Below are positions 46,854 to 57,810 of a stretch of 64,000 nucleotides of DNA, piece by piece. The notes below the pieces were generated by a model that made no database searches, was not told where the DNA came from, and was given only the letters and a program-made list of their open reading frames with translations. Numbering within the stretch: the stretch's first letter is position 1; each line of letters begins with the position of its first letter. This DNA is from an uncultured Verrucomicrobiota bacterium. GTDB taxonomy: Bacteria; Verrucomicrobiota; CALLYA01; CAYNBQ01. The stretch covers positions 504 to 64,503 of the forward strand of contig CAYNBQ010000004.1 of the NCBI GenBank assembly GCA_964395275.1, in the 5' to 3' direction. The translations under genes and the position numbers were made by a program.

Positions 46854-48299
46854 TCAATACTGCCGCCGGAGATTCGAAGGCAGGATGTTCAGTTCCTGGC
46901 GGTACTTGGCGATCGTGCGCCGGGCGATCTTCACGCCCTGTTCCTTGAGGATCTCGACGATCTCCTGGTCCGAAAGGGGACGGGTCGGATCCTCGCGGGC
47001 GATCAGGTCGGCGATGGTCTCCTTCACCGCGACGTTCGACATCTGCTGGCCGGAATCCGTCGTGTAGCCGGGCGAGAAGAAGAACTTCATCTCGTAGATC
47101 CCCTGCGGCGTCTCCATGTACTTGCCGGAGATGGCCCGGCTTACCGTCGTCTCGTGGACGCCGACCCGCTCGGCGATCTGCGCCATGGTCAGGGGCTTGA
47201 GATAACCGATCCCCTTTTCCAGGAACTCCCGCTGGTGGCGGACGATTTCCACGGCGATGTTGCGGATCGTCTGCTGCCGCTGGTGGATGCTCTTGATCAG
47301 GAACTTCCCGGAACGGATCTTGTCGCGGACGTAGTCGCGCGTCTTCGGATCGGCCGACTCCTGCCGCATGAGCCGGCGATACTGCTTGCTGATGCGCAGG
47401 TGCGGGATCTGTTCGTCGTTGAGGATCACCACGTATTCGTCGTCGACCTTGCGCACGACCACGTCGGGGATGATGTAGTGATCCGGTTCCGCGCTGAAGG
47501 CCCGTCCCGGCTTGGGTTCCAGCGTGGCGATCAGGTTGGCCGCTTTCTGGACCTCGTCGACCGACACGCCCAGGGCGCGGGCGATCTCCGGGTAGCGTTT
47601 CTTGCCCAGGGCGTCCAGGTGTCCGGCCACGATCCGGGCGGCGAGCGTCTTGCCCTGGCCGACCCGGTCGAGCTGCAGCAGGAGGCATTCGCGCAGATCG
47701 CGGGCGCCGACCCCCACCGGGTCGAAGGACTGCACCAGTTCCAGGATCGGTTCGAGATCCTTCGGCTCCAGGCCCGAGGCGTGCGCGAGATCCTCCAGGG
47801 AAGAGGAGAGATAGCCGGAATCGTCGATGCTGCCGATCACCAGCTCGGCCAGCCGCCTCCTGCGGGTGTCCAGATCGGTCATCTCCAGCTGGGCCAGGAG
47901 ATGGTCTTGGAGCGTTTCCTGCTTGACGATGCTGTCGAGCATGAACCGGCGCCGTTCCTCGTCTTCGGAACTCGGCTGCCGCACGGCGCTGCTCTGGAAG
48001 AAGTATTCCCGCCACTCGTCGTCGAGCTGCGCCAGCTCTTCGAACTCCTTCTGGAAATCGTCTTCGACCTCGTTTTCCTTCTTCTTGTCGTTCGATTCGG
48101 TGATCCCCGGTTCGATCTCCAGGTTCACGTTGTCCACCGGACGCTCCTCGAGCGTCGGATTCGTGCGCAGCTCCTCCTGCACCATCTGCCGCAATTCCAG
48201 CAGCGGCACCTGCAGCACCTGCAACGACTGCTGGAGCTGCGGCGCCAGGATCTGCACCTGCGACAGACGCTGAACCTGTTGAAGTCCCTGTTGAGGCAT
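46854..48299 (-). CDS. rpoN: RNA polymerase sigma-54 factor RpoN
   Basis: Gln/Leu-rich N-terminal region I (MPQQGLQQVQRLSQVQILAPQLQQSLQVLQ), a core-binding region, the C-terminal HTH, and the RpoN box (ARRTIAKYRQEL). ATG at 48299. The ORF-track N-terminal extension to 49385 is spurious, as it overlaps the MBL gene on the other strand. Confidence 0.95.
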   Translation of the reverse strand: MPQQGLQQVQRLSQVQILAPQLQQSLQVLQVPLLELRQMVQEELRTNPTLEERPVDNVNLEIEPGITESNDKKKENEVEDDFQKEFEELAQLDDEWREYFFQSSAVRQPSSEDEERRRFMLDSIVKQETLQDHLLAQLEMTDLDTRRRRLAELVIGSIDDSGYLSSSLEDLAHASGLEPKDLEPILELVQSFDPVGVGARDLRECLLLQLDRVGQGKTLAARIVAGHLDALGKKRYPEIARALGVSVDEVQKAANLIATLEPKPGRAFSAEPDHYIIPDVVVRKVDDEYVVILNDEQIPHLRISKQYRRLMRQESADPKTRDYVRDKIRSGKFLIKSIHQRQQTIRNIAVEIVRHQREFLEKGIGYLKPLTMAQIAERVGVHETTVSRAISGKYMETPQGIYEMKFFFSPGYTTDSGQQMSNVAVKETIADLIAREDPTRPLSDQEIVEILKEQGVKIARRTIAKYRQELNILPSNLRRQY

Positions 48300-48470
48300 C
48301 GTCTCTCTTCTCGGATTCCCGTCGGTTGGACCGGCCGCCGGCCGGCTCGATCGCAGTTCCTCCGCGTGTGGCGCCACCTTACCCCGTCTTTCCCGCAACG
48401 TCGAGCCGGTATCGGGTTGACCCCGCACAGGCCGGCTCCGATGATGAACGCACCAACGGAGGAAAACTCG

Positions 48471-49259
48471 ATGCGGTTCTGCGTGCTCGGCAGCGGCAGC
48501 CGGGGGAACAGCACGGTCGTCGCGCATTCGAAGGGCGTTCTGCTCCTCGATGCCGGGCTTTCGTGCCGCGCGGTGGAGAACCGCTTGCGGGAGGCCGCCG
48601 GCATCCCGCTGGAAGACGTCGAGGGCATCCTGATCAGTCACGAACACGCCGATCACGCGCGCGGACTCGATGTTCTCCTCCGGCGCTGCCGGGCCCCGGT
48701 CTACTGCAACCGCGAGACGTTCAACGCGCTGCAGTCGATCTGGCCGCGACTCGAGCGCAGCCGGTTCCGCCTTTTCTCCACCGGACGGGAGTTCGAGGCG
48801 GCGGGCTTCCGCCTCTTCCCCTTTTCGGTATCCCACGACGCCATGGACCCGGTCGGGTTCCGGATCGAGAACGGCGACGCGCGCCTGGCGGTGGTCACCG
48901 ATCTCGGCCGGCCCACGCACCTGGTGGCCGAACACGTCCGCGGATGCGACGCCGTCATTCTGGAGTTCAACCACGAACCGGAGATGCTCCAGGAATCGCC
49001 CCGCCCCTGGTCGCTCAAGCAGCGGGTTCTCGGTTCCCAGGGGCATCTGTCGAACGGCCAGGGCGCCGCCCTCCTGCAGGCGGCCCTTTCCCCGCGGCTG
49101 CGCTGGGCCGTGCTGGCGCATCTCAGCGCCGAATGCAACGATCCGGAGACCGCGCTGGACTACGCGCGCGAGGCCCTTCGCCGGCGCAGCGGCAACGGGA
49201 TCCGGCTTCTCGTCGCCGATCAGCGGACCCCGACGGACCCGGTGAACCTGGCGGGATGA
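48471..49259 (+). CDS. MBL-fold metallo-hydrolase
   Basis: HxHxDH motif (ILISHEHADHARGL) in a beta-lactamase-like fold. It is the 3' part of ORF 47154..49259, whose upstream portion is antisense to rpoN. Confidence 0.85.
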   Translation: MRFCVLGSGSRGNSTVVAHSKGVLLLDAGLSCRAVENRLREAAGIPLEDVEGILISHEHADHARGLDVLLRRCRAPVYCNRETFNALQSIWPRLERSRFRLFSTGREFEAAGFRLFPFSVSHDAMDPVGFRIENGDARLAVVTDLGRPTHLVAEHVRGCDAVILEFNHEPEMLQESPRPWSLKQRVLGSQGHLSNGQGAALLQAALSPRLRWAVLAHLSAECNDPETALDYAREALRRRSGNGIRLLVADQRTPTDPVNLAG

Positions 49260-49378
49260 CCACGCAACCGCAGGCCCGGGCCGCCGCGGGGGCCTCCGGC
49301 CCTCCGCCTTTGACACGGGCCGCGGGGCCATGATACCAAGGCCTTCCACGACACCGACCCCATGGAGATGAGCGGACG

Positions 49379-50482
<1,104 letters not shown>

Positions 50483-50501
50483 CGCCGGGACCCGACGCGC
50501 C

Positions 50502-51635
50502 ATGCCGACGCTTCTTCCCCTGCCGGAACATTGGCCGATCCTCCTGGCGGACACCCGCCGGTACGTTCCCGTACCGATTCAGTTCGTGCTGGCGTCGATC
50601 GCCGGGGCCTTCCTGATCGCGTTCGTCATCGGCCTCTGGCGCCGGGAACGCAAGGAAGAAGCCGCCACGACCGACCCCGAAACGGGGTTGCTGCGCCCGG
50701 ACCCCTTTCTCGGGGCCGCAGCGACGCTGCTGGACCGGGAAGATCCGCCCTCGGTTCTCGTCCTGGACGCGGATTCTCCGGAGGGCCTTCGCGAGCGCCT
50801 GGGCCGGCTCCGGCCCTTCCTGCGAAACCGCGACGTCGTCGGACGAATGTCGGAAACCCGGATCGCCCTCGTCCTGGCCACGTCGCCCGAAGGCGCCCTG
50901 CGGGTCGCGCGCGGCGCGTCGGACACCGGCTGGCGCGCGGGCCTGGCCTTTGCACCGCGGCCGCGCGGCGCGCGGTCGATCTCGAAACTCCTCGAGGAGG
51001 CCGAAGAAAACCTCGGCGGAGATCCTCCCCCTCCCCCGCCGGCGGAGGAGAAACCCGATCGGCGCAAGCGCCGGCGGCTGCGCCGCCTTCGAAAAGATCC
51101 GGTTACCGGCGCCCTGGCCGTGAAACCCTTTCTGCGCGAACTCGAATCGATCATGTTCCAGCACAGAATCGAAAACGGCGCGTGCGTCTGCGTCGCGGTC
51201 CTCGGCCGGTCCTTCCCAGACACGACCGGCCCGGACGGCGATCACATGGAACGGACGATCCGGGAGATCGTCCGGGTCGGGCGTCCCGAAGACCTCGCGA
51301 CCCGGATCGCCACCGACGCCCTGGCCGTGGCCGCCGCCCTGCCGTCGGACGCCGTCGACGATTACCTCGCCCTGCTGAAGAAGGCCGCCGAATCCGTGGA
51401 CCCCGATCCGAGCGCCATCGCCGACCCCGGGCCCGTGCGGATCGGGTTCGCCCTCTTCCCGCAGGACGCGCCCACGCCGGTGCGGCTTCTGCGCAGGGCC
51501 CGGACCGCCTTCCGCCACACCGGCGAACAAGACAACCCGGCCGTTCTGCGCTATGATCCGGCCATGAAGGATCCCGACGAGCCGGCGTACGGATCCGAGG
51601 AGGACGAGTCGGCCGTCGGCGATGACCGCTACTGA
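50502..51635 (+). CDS. Membrane-anchored protein with two tandem degenerate GGDEF-like domains
   Basis: N-terminal TM (VPVPIQFVLASIAGAFLIAFVIGLW). Two segments align to the GGDEF fold (DPETGLL…VLVLDAD…DVVGRMSETRIALVLA… and DPVTGAL…GPDGDHMERTIREIVRV…DLATRIATDALAVAA…VRIGFALFP…LLRRARTAF). The GG(D/E)EF catalytic motif is replaced by SETR and ATDAL. Starts 20 nt after the ABC ATPase stop. Confidence 0.6.
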   Translation: MPTLLPLPEHWPILLADTRRYVPVPIQFVLASIAGAFLIAFVIGLWRRERKEEAATTDPETGLLRPDPFLGAAATLLDREDPPSVLVLDADSPEGLRERLGRLRPFLRNRDVVGRMSETRIALVLATSPEGALRVARGASDTGWRAGLAFAPRPRGARSISKLLEEAEENLGGDPPPPPPAEEKPDRRKRRRLRRLRKDPVTGALAVKPFLRELESIMFQHRIENGACVCVAVLGRSFPDTTGPDGDHMERTIREIVRVGRPEDLATRIATDALAVAAALPSDAVDDYLALLKKAAESVDPDPSAIADPGPVRIGFALFPQDAPTPVRLLRRARTAFRHTGEQDNPAVLRYDPAMKDPDEPAYGSEEDESAVGDDRY

Positions 51636-52033
51636 TGGCATGGCCCGAATCCCACGTCTTCTCCCGCGGCCAGGCCGCCCGCCGGATCCTCGTCTCGATC
51701 CTGCTCGGCGTTGCGATGACGCAGTTCGTCCTCGGAATCACCGTTCTGGAGGGACGGTTCTCTCCCGGAATCTTCTTCCTCTACTGGGGATCCTGTTTCC
51801 TGCTGGTGATGACCGTTCTGGCCCTGGCCGTGCACGACCTGCGGGAAATCCGCGCCGAAGCCCGCCGGGAAAACCGCGACCTGGTCCGACGCCATTTTCT
51901 CGACGACGATTTTCTCGAACGGATCCGCGAGGCGACCGAACCCGAAGACGCCGAACGCGGCCCTTCCCCTCCCCGCCCCCCTTCGCCGCCTCCGTCCGGT
52001 CCCTCCCGGGCCCGGCAAAAGGAGAATCCATGA
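51635..52033 (+). CDS. Small membrane protein (2-3 TM) with Pro-rich C-terminal tail
   Basis: TGATG overlap with the upstream gene and ATGA overlap with the downstream gene. Hydrophobic helices (ILVSILLGVAMTQFVLGITVL; IFFLYWGSCFLLVMTVLALAV) and a PPSPPPSGPS tail. Confidence 0.45.
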   Translation: MAWPESHVFSRGQAARRILVSILLGVAMTQFVLGITVLEGRFSPGIFFLYWGSCFLLVMTVLALAVHDLREIRAEARRENRDLVRRHFLDDDFLERIREATEPEDAERGPSPPRPPSPPPSGPSRARQKENP

Positions 52034-53835
52034 AAACCTCTTCCCGCTCCCGACGCCTCCTCGGCGTTTCGATGGTTCTCCTGCATCTGGGTGCGGCCGC
52101 CGCATTCGGCGCCGGCGACTGCCGCCTCTACGAGGCCGCCGGCGACGAGGCCGTCGGATACCTCCGCGTTCCCCGCCCCTCGGATTTCTTCGGACGCCTG
52201 GACACGATCCTGGCGCCCGCCGGGTTCCGTTCCCGCATGATCATGCCCCTGATCGGCGACCGCCTCTTCCAGAACCCCACGCTGGGCGGCATCGACCTGA
52301 CCCGCCCCTTCACGGTCGTTTTCCTCGACCCCGAACGTCATGCCAAACCGTACGCCTTCTCCCTGACGACGACCGACCCCCGGCTGTTCATCCGGTCCGT
52401 CGGCGGAGATCCCGTCCAGGGCCTCCGGCTCAACCCGGAGACGGCCGCCTCGCGGGTGAAGGAGTTCGTCAAGGAATCCTTTGTCTTCGACCGCGAGGGG
52501 TACATGGCGGCCCTGCGCGCCGGCGAGAACCCCGATCTGCAGGATTACCGTCACGCCGAGACGATCCGGTTCTACGTCGGCAACGCCGGCCGGTTCACCG
52601 TCGGCGCCGACGATCGGGACCTGGTGATGCGGACCCTGAAGAGCGAGGGCGTCTCCCCCCGGGAGATCCTGGAGGGCGATCTCGTCGTCCATCTCCGCCC
52701 CGAAAAGCTGCGGGCGATGCTCGATCGGATCACGGGGGACGAACAGCCCTTTGCCGCCGCGGCGTCGTTCGATACCGGGCGGCTGCGCGCCGTCCTCGGT
52801 TCGATGCTCGATCAGCTCGAAGCGGTCGAGAACGCCCTGGCCTTCGGCACCGGGCGCCTGCGGCTGCGATGGGGCGCGGCCGCGAGACCGGAGAGCCCGC
52901 TTTCGCAGTGGATCTCGCGCCAGAGCCCCGGCCGAAGCGACCTGATGCGCTTCGTCCCCGAGGAGAGCATCGGCGTCATCCGATCCTCGGTCCGGCTCAC
53001 CGGGGAGGAATGGCGCCGGATCCTTTCGGCCTTCGCCTCCCTGGAGAACGCGTCGGACGAACCGCTGAAATTCTCCGGCGAAACCGCCGCCGCGCTCGAT
53101 GCGTGGGGCGAAGCTTCCGTCGGAAGCAGCTTGAACGTGCTCCTGGCCAACCCCCCGGGCAGCGGCGGATTCCGCACGCTCCTCATCTACGAGGTGAAGG
53201 ATCCCGAGCGGGCCCGCACCGCCCTGCGCACGCTCTATTCCGACCCGGAGATCCTGCCGTTGATCACCGGGTCGATGATCCCCCCGGGCCTGACCTCCAC
53301 CTATCGAACGAACGTCGCCCAGTACCGGGGATACGACATCGACAGGTTCCATTTCTCCGAACCCGAAAACGAAACCCCGGCCTCCGTCCAGGCGTGGCGG
53401 ACGATCCGGACCTTCTACGGGGACAACCCCGCCGGGTACGTCGCCTGCATCCCGGGCTACGCCGTGGTGACGACGGGAATGGACGGACTGACCACCCTCA
53501 ACCAGACCCTTTCCCGGATCCTGGAAAACCGTTCCACGCGGTTCACGGCGTCGCCCCGCTACCAGAGCCACCTCGCCCGGGTGCCCTCGGACGCCAATAT
53601 CCGCTTCTGGATCTCGCTGGGCGCCTACGTCTCGGCCGTCGCCCCCGCCCTCCAGGGCGCGGCCGGGACGGAACCGGATCCGGCGGCGCTCTTCAGGGAC
53701 CGGTCGCTGGATATTTCCGGATTCGCCCGATTCCGCGACGCCGTCGTTCAATCCGAACTCGTTCTGCCCGTAACCGACCTCCTGGAGATCGTCCGATCGT
53801 TCGGACTCGGCCCCTCGCCCGGCGCCGGGATGTAG
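52030..53835 (+). CDS. Secreted hypothetical protein (601 aa)
   Basis: AAGGAG RBS and a signal peptide (MKTSSRSRRLLGVSMVLLHLGAAAAFGAG). No recognisable family. Translationally coupled to the small membrane protein gene. Confidence 0.55.
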   Translation: MKTSSRSRRLLGVSMVLLHLGAAAAFGAGDCRLYEAAGDEAVGYLRVPRPSDFFGRLDTILAPAGFRSRMIMPLIGDRLFQNPTLGGIDLTRPFTVVFLDPERHAKPYAFSLTTTDPRLFIRSVGGDPVQGLRLNPETAASRVKEFVKESFVFDREGYMAALRAGENPDLQDYRHAETIRFYVGNAGRFTVGADDRDLVMRTLKSEGVSPREILEGDLVVHLRPEKLRAMLDRITGDEQPFAAAASFDTGRLRAVLGSMLDQLEAVENALAFGTGRLRLRWGAAARPESPLSQWISRQSPGRSDLMRFVPEESIGVIRSSVRLTGEEWRRILSAFASLENASDEPLKFSGETAAALDAWGEASVGSSLNVLLANPPGSGGFRTLLIYEVKDPERARTALRTLYSDPEILPLITGSMIPPGLTSTYRTNVAQYRGYDIDRFHFSEPENETPASVQAWRTIRTFYGDNPAGYVACIPGYAVVTTGMDGLTTLNQTLSRILENRSTRFTASPRYQSHLARVPSDANIRFWISLGAYVSAVAPALQGAAGTEPDPAALFRDRSLDISGFARFRDAVVQSELVLPVTDLLEIVRSFGLGPSPGAGM

Positions 53836-53946
53836 ACGCAGGGGACCGCACGCCCGGCGATTCCGCCCCACGGATCCGCGAGACCGGCGAAGCCCGTCCG
53901 CAGGGGCGGAGAGAAGAAACGGACGCGTTTCCGGAAGCGCGCGCAA

Positions 53947-54897
53947 TCACCGGCCGACGCCCTCGACCCCCGTCTCCATCAGGGACCGCAGCATGCCGAG
54001 GGTGAGACGGCCGACGGTTTCCAGGCTCGCGGCCGAAACCGCATCGAGACGGTCCCCCTCGGTGTGCCAGAGGTCGTTGGCCAGCGGCCGGGTGCCGAAC
54101 TCGAAGTCGATCAGGTCGATCGCGGGAATCCCCCGGTCCGCAAAGGGAACATGATCGTCCAGAACCTCGCTCCCCAGGCTGGTCAGACGATCCCGGAACC
54201 CGAGCCGTTCGGCGGTTTCGTACGCGAGCCGGATCAGCCGCGGATCGCCGTCGGTCGGCAGCGTCAGGGTCAGGTCCCGGTCGCCGACCATGTCCAGAAG
54301 GATCATCGCTTCCATGCGGTCGAGTTCGCCGCTGCGCTCCCACGCCCCGGCCAGGGCGCGGCTGCCGACCAGGCCGTCGTCGGGACCGTATCGCACGATG
54401 CATTCCTCGCCGTCGAAAAAGGCGAACCGGAGGGTCAACCGGGGCGTGCCGGCCGCCTGCAGCACGCGGGCGAGTTCCAGAAGCAATCCGGTCGACGACC
54501 CGCCGTCGTTCGCGCCGACGAAACGGATCCCGGGCAGGCGTTTCGTGTCGTAATGGGACCCCAACAGGATGAACCGGTCGGAATCGCCGGGGATCGTCGC
54601 CAGAACGTTCACGAACTCGATTTCCCCCAGGGGGGTCGGTCGCCGGACCCTCTGTTCCTCCACCGGGAGGCCGAAGCCTTCCAGCGCCCGGCGGATGTAC
54701 TCCCGGCAACGGACGATCCCCTCGGACCCGGAGGGGCGTTCGCCGATGGCCACCTGGGCCTCCACGTGCCGAAGGGCGGCCTCTCCGTCCACGCTCTCGG
54801 GCCATTTCGAAGTCATGCCCCCGTCTCTCCGTTCCGCCCGCCCTCCGCATCCCGCCGAAACGACGGCGACCGCCGCCAGCCGAACCCACCGGTTCAT
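53947..54897 (-). CDS. M28 family zinc peptidase (aminopeptidase / glutaminyl-cyclase-like) lipoprotein
   Basis: Lipobox-like N-terminus (AVAVVSAGCGG) and M28 motifs (LGSHYDT…DGGSSTGLLLELAR…FFDGEE…DHVPF). Confidence 0.85.
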   Translation of the reverse strand: MNRWVRLAAVAVVSAGCGGRAERRDGGMTSKWPESVDGEAALRHVEAQVAIGERPSGSEGIVRCREYIRRALEGFGLPVEEQRVRRPTPLGEIEFVNVLATIPGDSDRFILLGSHYDTKRLPGIRFVGANDGGSSTGLLLELARVLQAAGTPRLTLRFAFFDGEECIVRYGPDDGLVGSRALAGAWERSGELDRMEAMILLDMVGDRDLTLTLPTDGDPRLIRLAYETAERLGFRDRLTSLGSEVLDDHVPFADRGIPAIDLIDFEFGTRPLANDLWHTEGDRLDAVSAASLETVGRLTLGMLRSLMETGVEGVGR

Positions 54898-56099
54898 TCA
54901 CAGGCCCCTTCCGCCGCCGGGATGTCGATCCCCTTTCGTTCGGCCCATTCGCGGGCGGCCCGGATCCGCCGCTGCAGCGATGGATGACTGTGGAGCAGCC
55001 ATTCGACGGCCGGGTGCGGATCGAAGACCGCGAGGTTCTGTCGTCCCAACCGTTCCATCGCCCGGACGAAGGCCGCCGCGTTGCGGGTCATCTCCAATGC
55101 GAAACGGTCCGCGGCGCGTTCGCGCCGGCGCGCGTACCCGTTCAACAGGGGCATGGCCAGCAGGAGGCACCCGCCCAGTACGAGGCAGAAGAGCGGAAGG
55201 CCGGCGATGTCCGCGATCTCGGTGATCCCCAGGGAGGGAAACCGCGCGAAAACCCAGTGCAACAACCGGTCGGCCGCCAGGAAGGAGCCGAAGATGACCA
55301 GCCCGTTCACCAGGAGCAGCCGCCAGAGATCCCGGTTGCGGTAGTGGCCCATCTCGTGGGCCATGACGACCTCGATCTCCTCGTCGGGGAACCGGTCGAG
55401 CAGCGTGTCGCCCAGGAGGATTCGACGGGTCGATCCGAGTCCCGCAAAGGCGGCGTTGGCCTGGCGGGTCTTGTCGCTGAGACGCAGCCGGTACACGCCG
55501 ACCAGGCGGACGCCGACGCTCCGGGCCATCTCGCGGAGTCGTTCCCGGAGCGGACCGGGTTCCAGCGGTTCGCCCTTGTGGAACAGGGGAAGAATCAGGA
55601 CCGGGTAGAGCTGGGTCAGGAGAACGCCGAGCCCGAACCAGATCAGCCCCGCCCAGAACCACCACCAGGATCCGGCCAGATCGAGGCAGACGTAAACCAC
55701 TTCCATGGCGACGACCATCTGGATCACGTTCAGGACGAGACGCTTGCCGAAGTCCGCAAGCCAACCCGCCGGCGACTGCGGCGTCAGATCGAACCGGCGG
55801 TCCAGCAGGTAGCCGGTGCAGAAGTCGTACGGGAGAATGAACCCGACCATGTACGCGGTCGTGGCGATCGCCAGGTAGAGCCCCCGGGCGGCCCATCGCC
55901 AGCCGACGACTCCCTCCGCCCAGCGGGCCAGGGAGGCGGAGGCGCCGCTGACCTGGAAGATCCAGAGGATGAGGGCGGTCAGAACGAGATCGAGAACGAA
56001 GAAAAGGTTCTCCAGCCGTTCGTGCCGCCGCGCCTTTTCCTGTTTCCGGTCGCCGGGAGAACCGGCGCTTCCGGGCGGGGAAACCGTCGTTTCATCCAT
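54894..56099 (-). CDS. M48 family (Ste24/HtpX-like) membrane zinc metalloprotease
   Basis: Multi-TM N-terminus, HEMGH (HExxH) and a downstream E in the C-terminal region. Stop overlaps the M28 gene start. Confidence 0.85.
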   Translation of the reverse strand: MDETTVSPPGSAGSPGDRKQEKARRHERLENLFFVLDLVLTALILWIFQVSGASASLARWAEGVVGWRWAARGLYLAIATTAYMVGFILPYDFCTGYLLDRRFDLTPQSPAGWLADFGKRLVLNVIQMVVAMEVVYVCLDLAGSWWWFWAGLIWFGLGVLLTQLYPVLILPLFHKGEPLEPGPLRERLREMARSVGVRLVGVYRLRLSDKTRQANAAFAGLGSTRRILLGDTLLDRFPDEEIEVVMAHEMGHYRNRDLWRLLLVNGLVIFGSFLAADRLLHWVFARFPSLGITEIADIAGLPLFCLVLGGCLLLAMPLLNGYARRRERAADRFALEMTRNAAAFVRAMERLGRQNLAVFDPHPAVEWLLHSHPSLQRRIRAAREWAERKGIDIPAAEGACE

Positions 56100-57018
56100 C
56101 GAACGGCAGACCCAGCAGTTCCAGAAGACGGTTCAGTTCTTCCGCCGAGTAGTATTCGATTTCGATCCGGCCGCGCTCTCCCTTCGCATCGATCCGGACC
56201 CTCGTGCCGAGCCGTTGCTGAAGCCGGTTTTCCACGTCGGCCAGGATCGGGTCGCGTTCCGATCGGGGGCGCGGCGCGCGTTTCGATCCGCCGCCCCGGG
56301 CCTTCTCCACGAAGGCCTCGAGCATCCGGACGGACCAGCCGTCCCGCACGCATCGCCGCGCGAGAGCCGTCCGGGCGGCCGCCTCCGGGATCGAAAGGAG
56401 CACCTTCGCATGGCCGACGGAAAGGTCCCCGGATTGAATCCATCCGCGGATCTCCTCGGGCAGGCGAAGCAGACGCAGGGAGTTTGCCACCGCCGACCGG
56501 CTCCGTCCCACGCGGTCGGCCACGTCTTCCTGGCGCAGACCGAACTCCTCGACCAGGACGCGATATCCCTCCGCCTCCTCGATCGGATTGAGATCCTCCC
56601 TCTGGAGATTCTCCACCAGGGCCAGCTCGAGAGCTTCCCCGTCCGTGCACTCGCGCACCAGGACCGGCACCTCCGACAGCCCGGCCGCCTCGGCAGCACG
56701 CCATCGGCGTTCCCCCGCGACGATCTCGTAGCCGCCGTCGACCGGACGGGCCACGATCGGTTGAACCATCCCCCGTTCCCGGATCGATTCGGCCAGCTCG
56801 CGCAGGGATTCCTCGTCGAACGAACGGCGCGGTTGCACCGAGCTGGGGCGCAGATGCTCCCGGGAAATCATGCGCAGCCCTTGGGGGCCGGACCCGACCT
56901 GCTCCGCCCCCGTCTCGGCGGCCCCGGCGCCCATCAGGGCATCCAATCCTCGTCCCAACCCTCGTTTGGCCAACGCACGAACCCTCCCGCCGCCAACGGC
57001 CGATTCTCGCCGACCCAT
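56092..57018 (-). CDS. parB: Chromosome partitioning protein ParB/Spo0J
   Basis: [12 protein letters not shown]-terminal motif, ParB box (GERRWRAA), an HTH, and a C-terminal dimerisation region. The true start is probably a few codons inside the track ORF. Confidence 0.9.
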   Translation of the reverse strand: MGRRESAVGGGRVRALAKRGLGRGLDALMGAGAAETGAEQVGSGPQGLRMISREHLRPSSVQPRRSFDEESLRELAESIRERGMVQPIVARPVDGGYEIVAGERRWRAAEAAGLSEVPVLVRECTDGEALELALVENLQREDLNPIEEAEGYRVLVEEFGLRQEDVADRVGRSRSAVANSLRLLRLPEEIRGWIQSGDLSVGHAKVLLSIPEAAARTALARRCVRDGWSVRMLEAFVEKARGGGSKRAPRPRSERDPILADVENRLQQRLGTRVRIDAKGERGRIEIEYYSAEELNRLLELLGLPFDG

Positions 57019-57165
57019 TCATACGGCCGAGCGGCGATTTGGCGCAAGTGAGAACCGTTGCGCGGATCTGCGAAAGGCGGGAGCGCGACGCCGAGCCGCG
57101 CGCCGTCGCATCCCCGCAGACGATCTCCGCCGCAGCCCTGCACCTGCTGCGCGGCGGACCTTCGC

Positions 57166-57600
57166 CTACGGCAGCTCGTGTTCGGCGATGTCGCAGGTCG
57201 GATTGGCGCCGACGACGCCGTAGTCGTACGTCCCGTTCGAGGGACAGGCCAACGGCTCCTTGATGTAGGAAAGAACGGCGGATTCATCGGTGGATTCCCC
57301 GTCGGTCTTCCCCATCGCCATGGCCCACTGCTCCTTTGCGTAATAGATCTGGCGGAGGTTGTTGATGCACATCTGGCGGTGGGTCCGGCTCCGGACCTTC
57401 TGGATCGAGGGATAGGCCAGGGAAGCGAGAATGAAGATGATGCCGAGTACGATCGAGATTTCGACGAGCGTGAATCCCCGCTCCGTCCTGCCCGACCGGT
57501 GCGCCGCTCCGGCGTATTCCCCGTCGACCGCCCGTTCTCCGGGTCGTGGTGCCCCCTTCCATCGCCCCGGCCCGCGCCGCATTCGACGAGAGCCTTTCAC
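57166..57600 (-). CDS. Prepilin-type N-terminal cleavage/methylation domain protein (type IV pilin / T2SS pseudopilin-like)
   Basis: G|FTLVEISIVLGIIFILASLA is the class III signal-peptide/pilin N-terminal helix, followed by a short globular domain with Cys residues. The leader is unusually long if translation starts at GTG 57600 or ATG 57582. Confidence 0.75.
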   Translation of the reverse strand: MKGSRRMRRGPGRWKGAPRPGERAVDGEYAGAAHRSGRTERGFTLVEISIVLGIIFILASLAYPSIQKVRSRTHRQMCINNLRQIYYAKEQWAMAMGKTDGESTDESAVLSYIKEPLACPSNGTYDYGVVGANPTCDIAEHELP

Positions 57601-57671
57601 GGAATTCTTACCCTCCTGCCCGCGTCGGTGAACCCCCGGAACGTCCTGCTACACCTCCCGCCCTCTTTCGA

Positions 57672-57688
57672 GCAGCGCACGTGCCAAT
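57672..57688 (-). promoter_or_regulatory. Candidate sigma-54 (-24/-12) promoter upstream of the pilin-like gene
   Basis: Minus-strand sequence TTGGCACGTGCGCTGCT matches TGGCAC-N5-TTGCW at 14/16 positions (GG and GC correctly spaced), ~70-90 nt upstream of the pilin ORF start. rpoN is encoded in this window. Confidence 0.4.
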
Positions 57689-57810
57689 CCTCCCGGAGCC
57701 CGACGGGCGGTCCGCCGGGAAGACGGTTCTCTTGACTCCGCCCGCGGCGAAACGTAAACACGGGGCGCGACCCCACGGCACGTGGGTCCTTCGGCGCAGG
57801 GGGAGACGCG

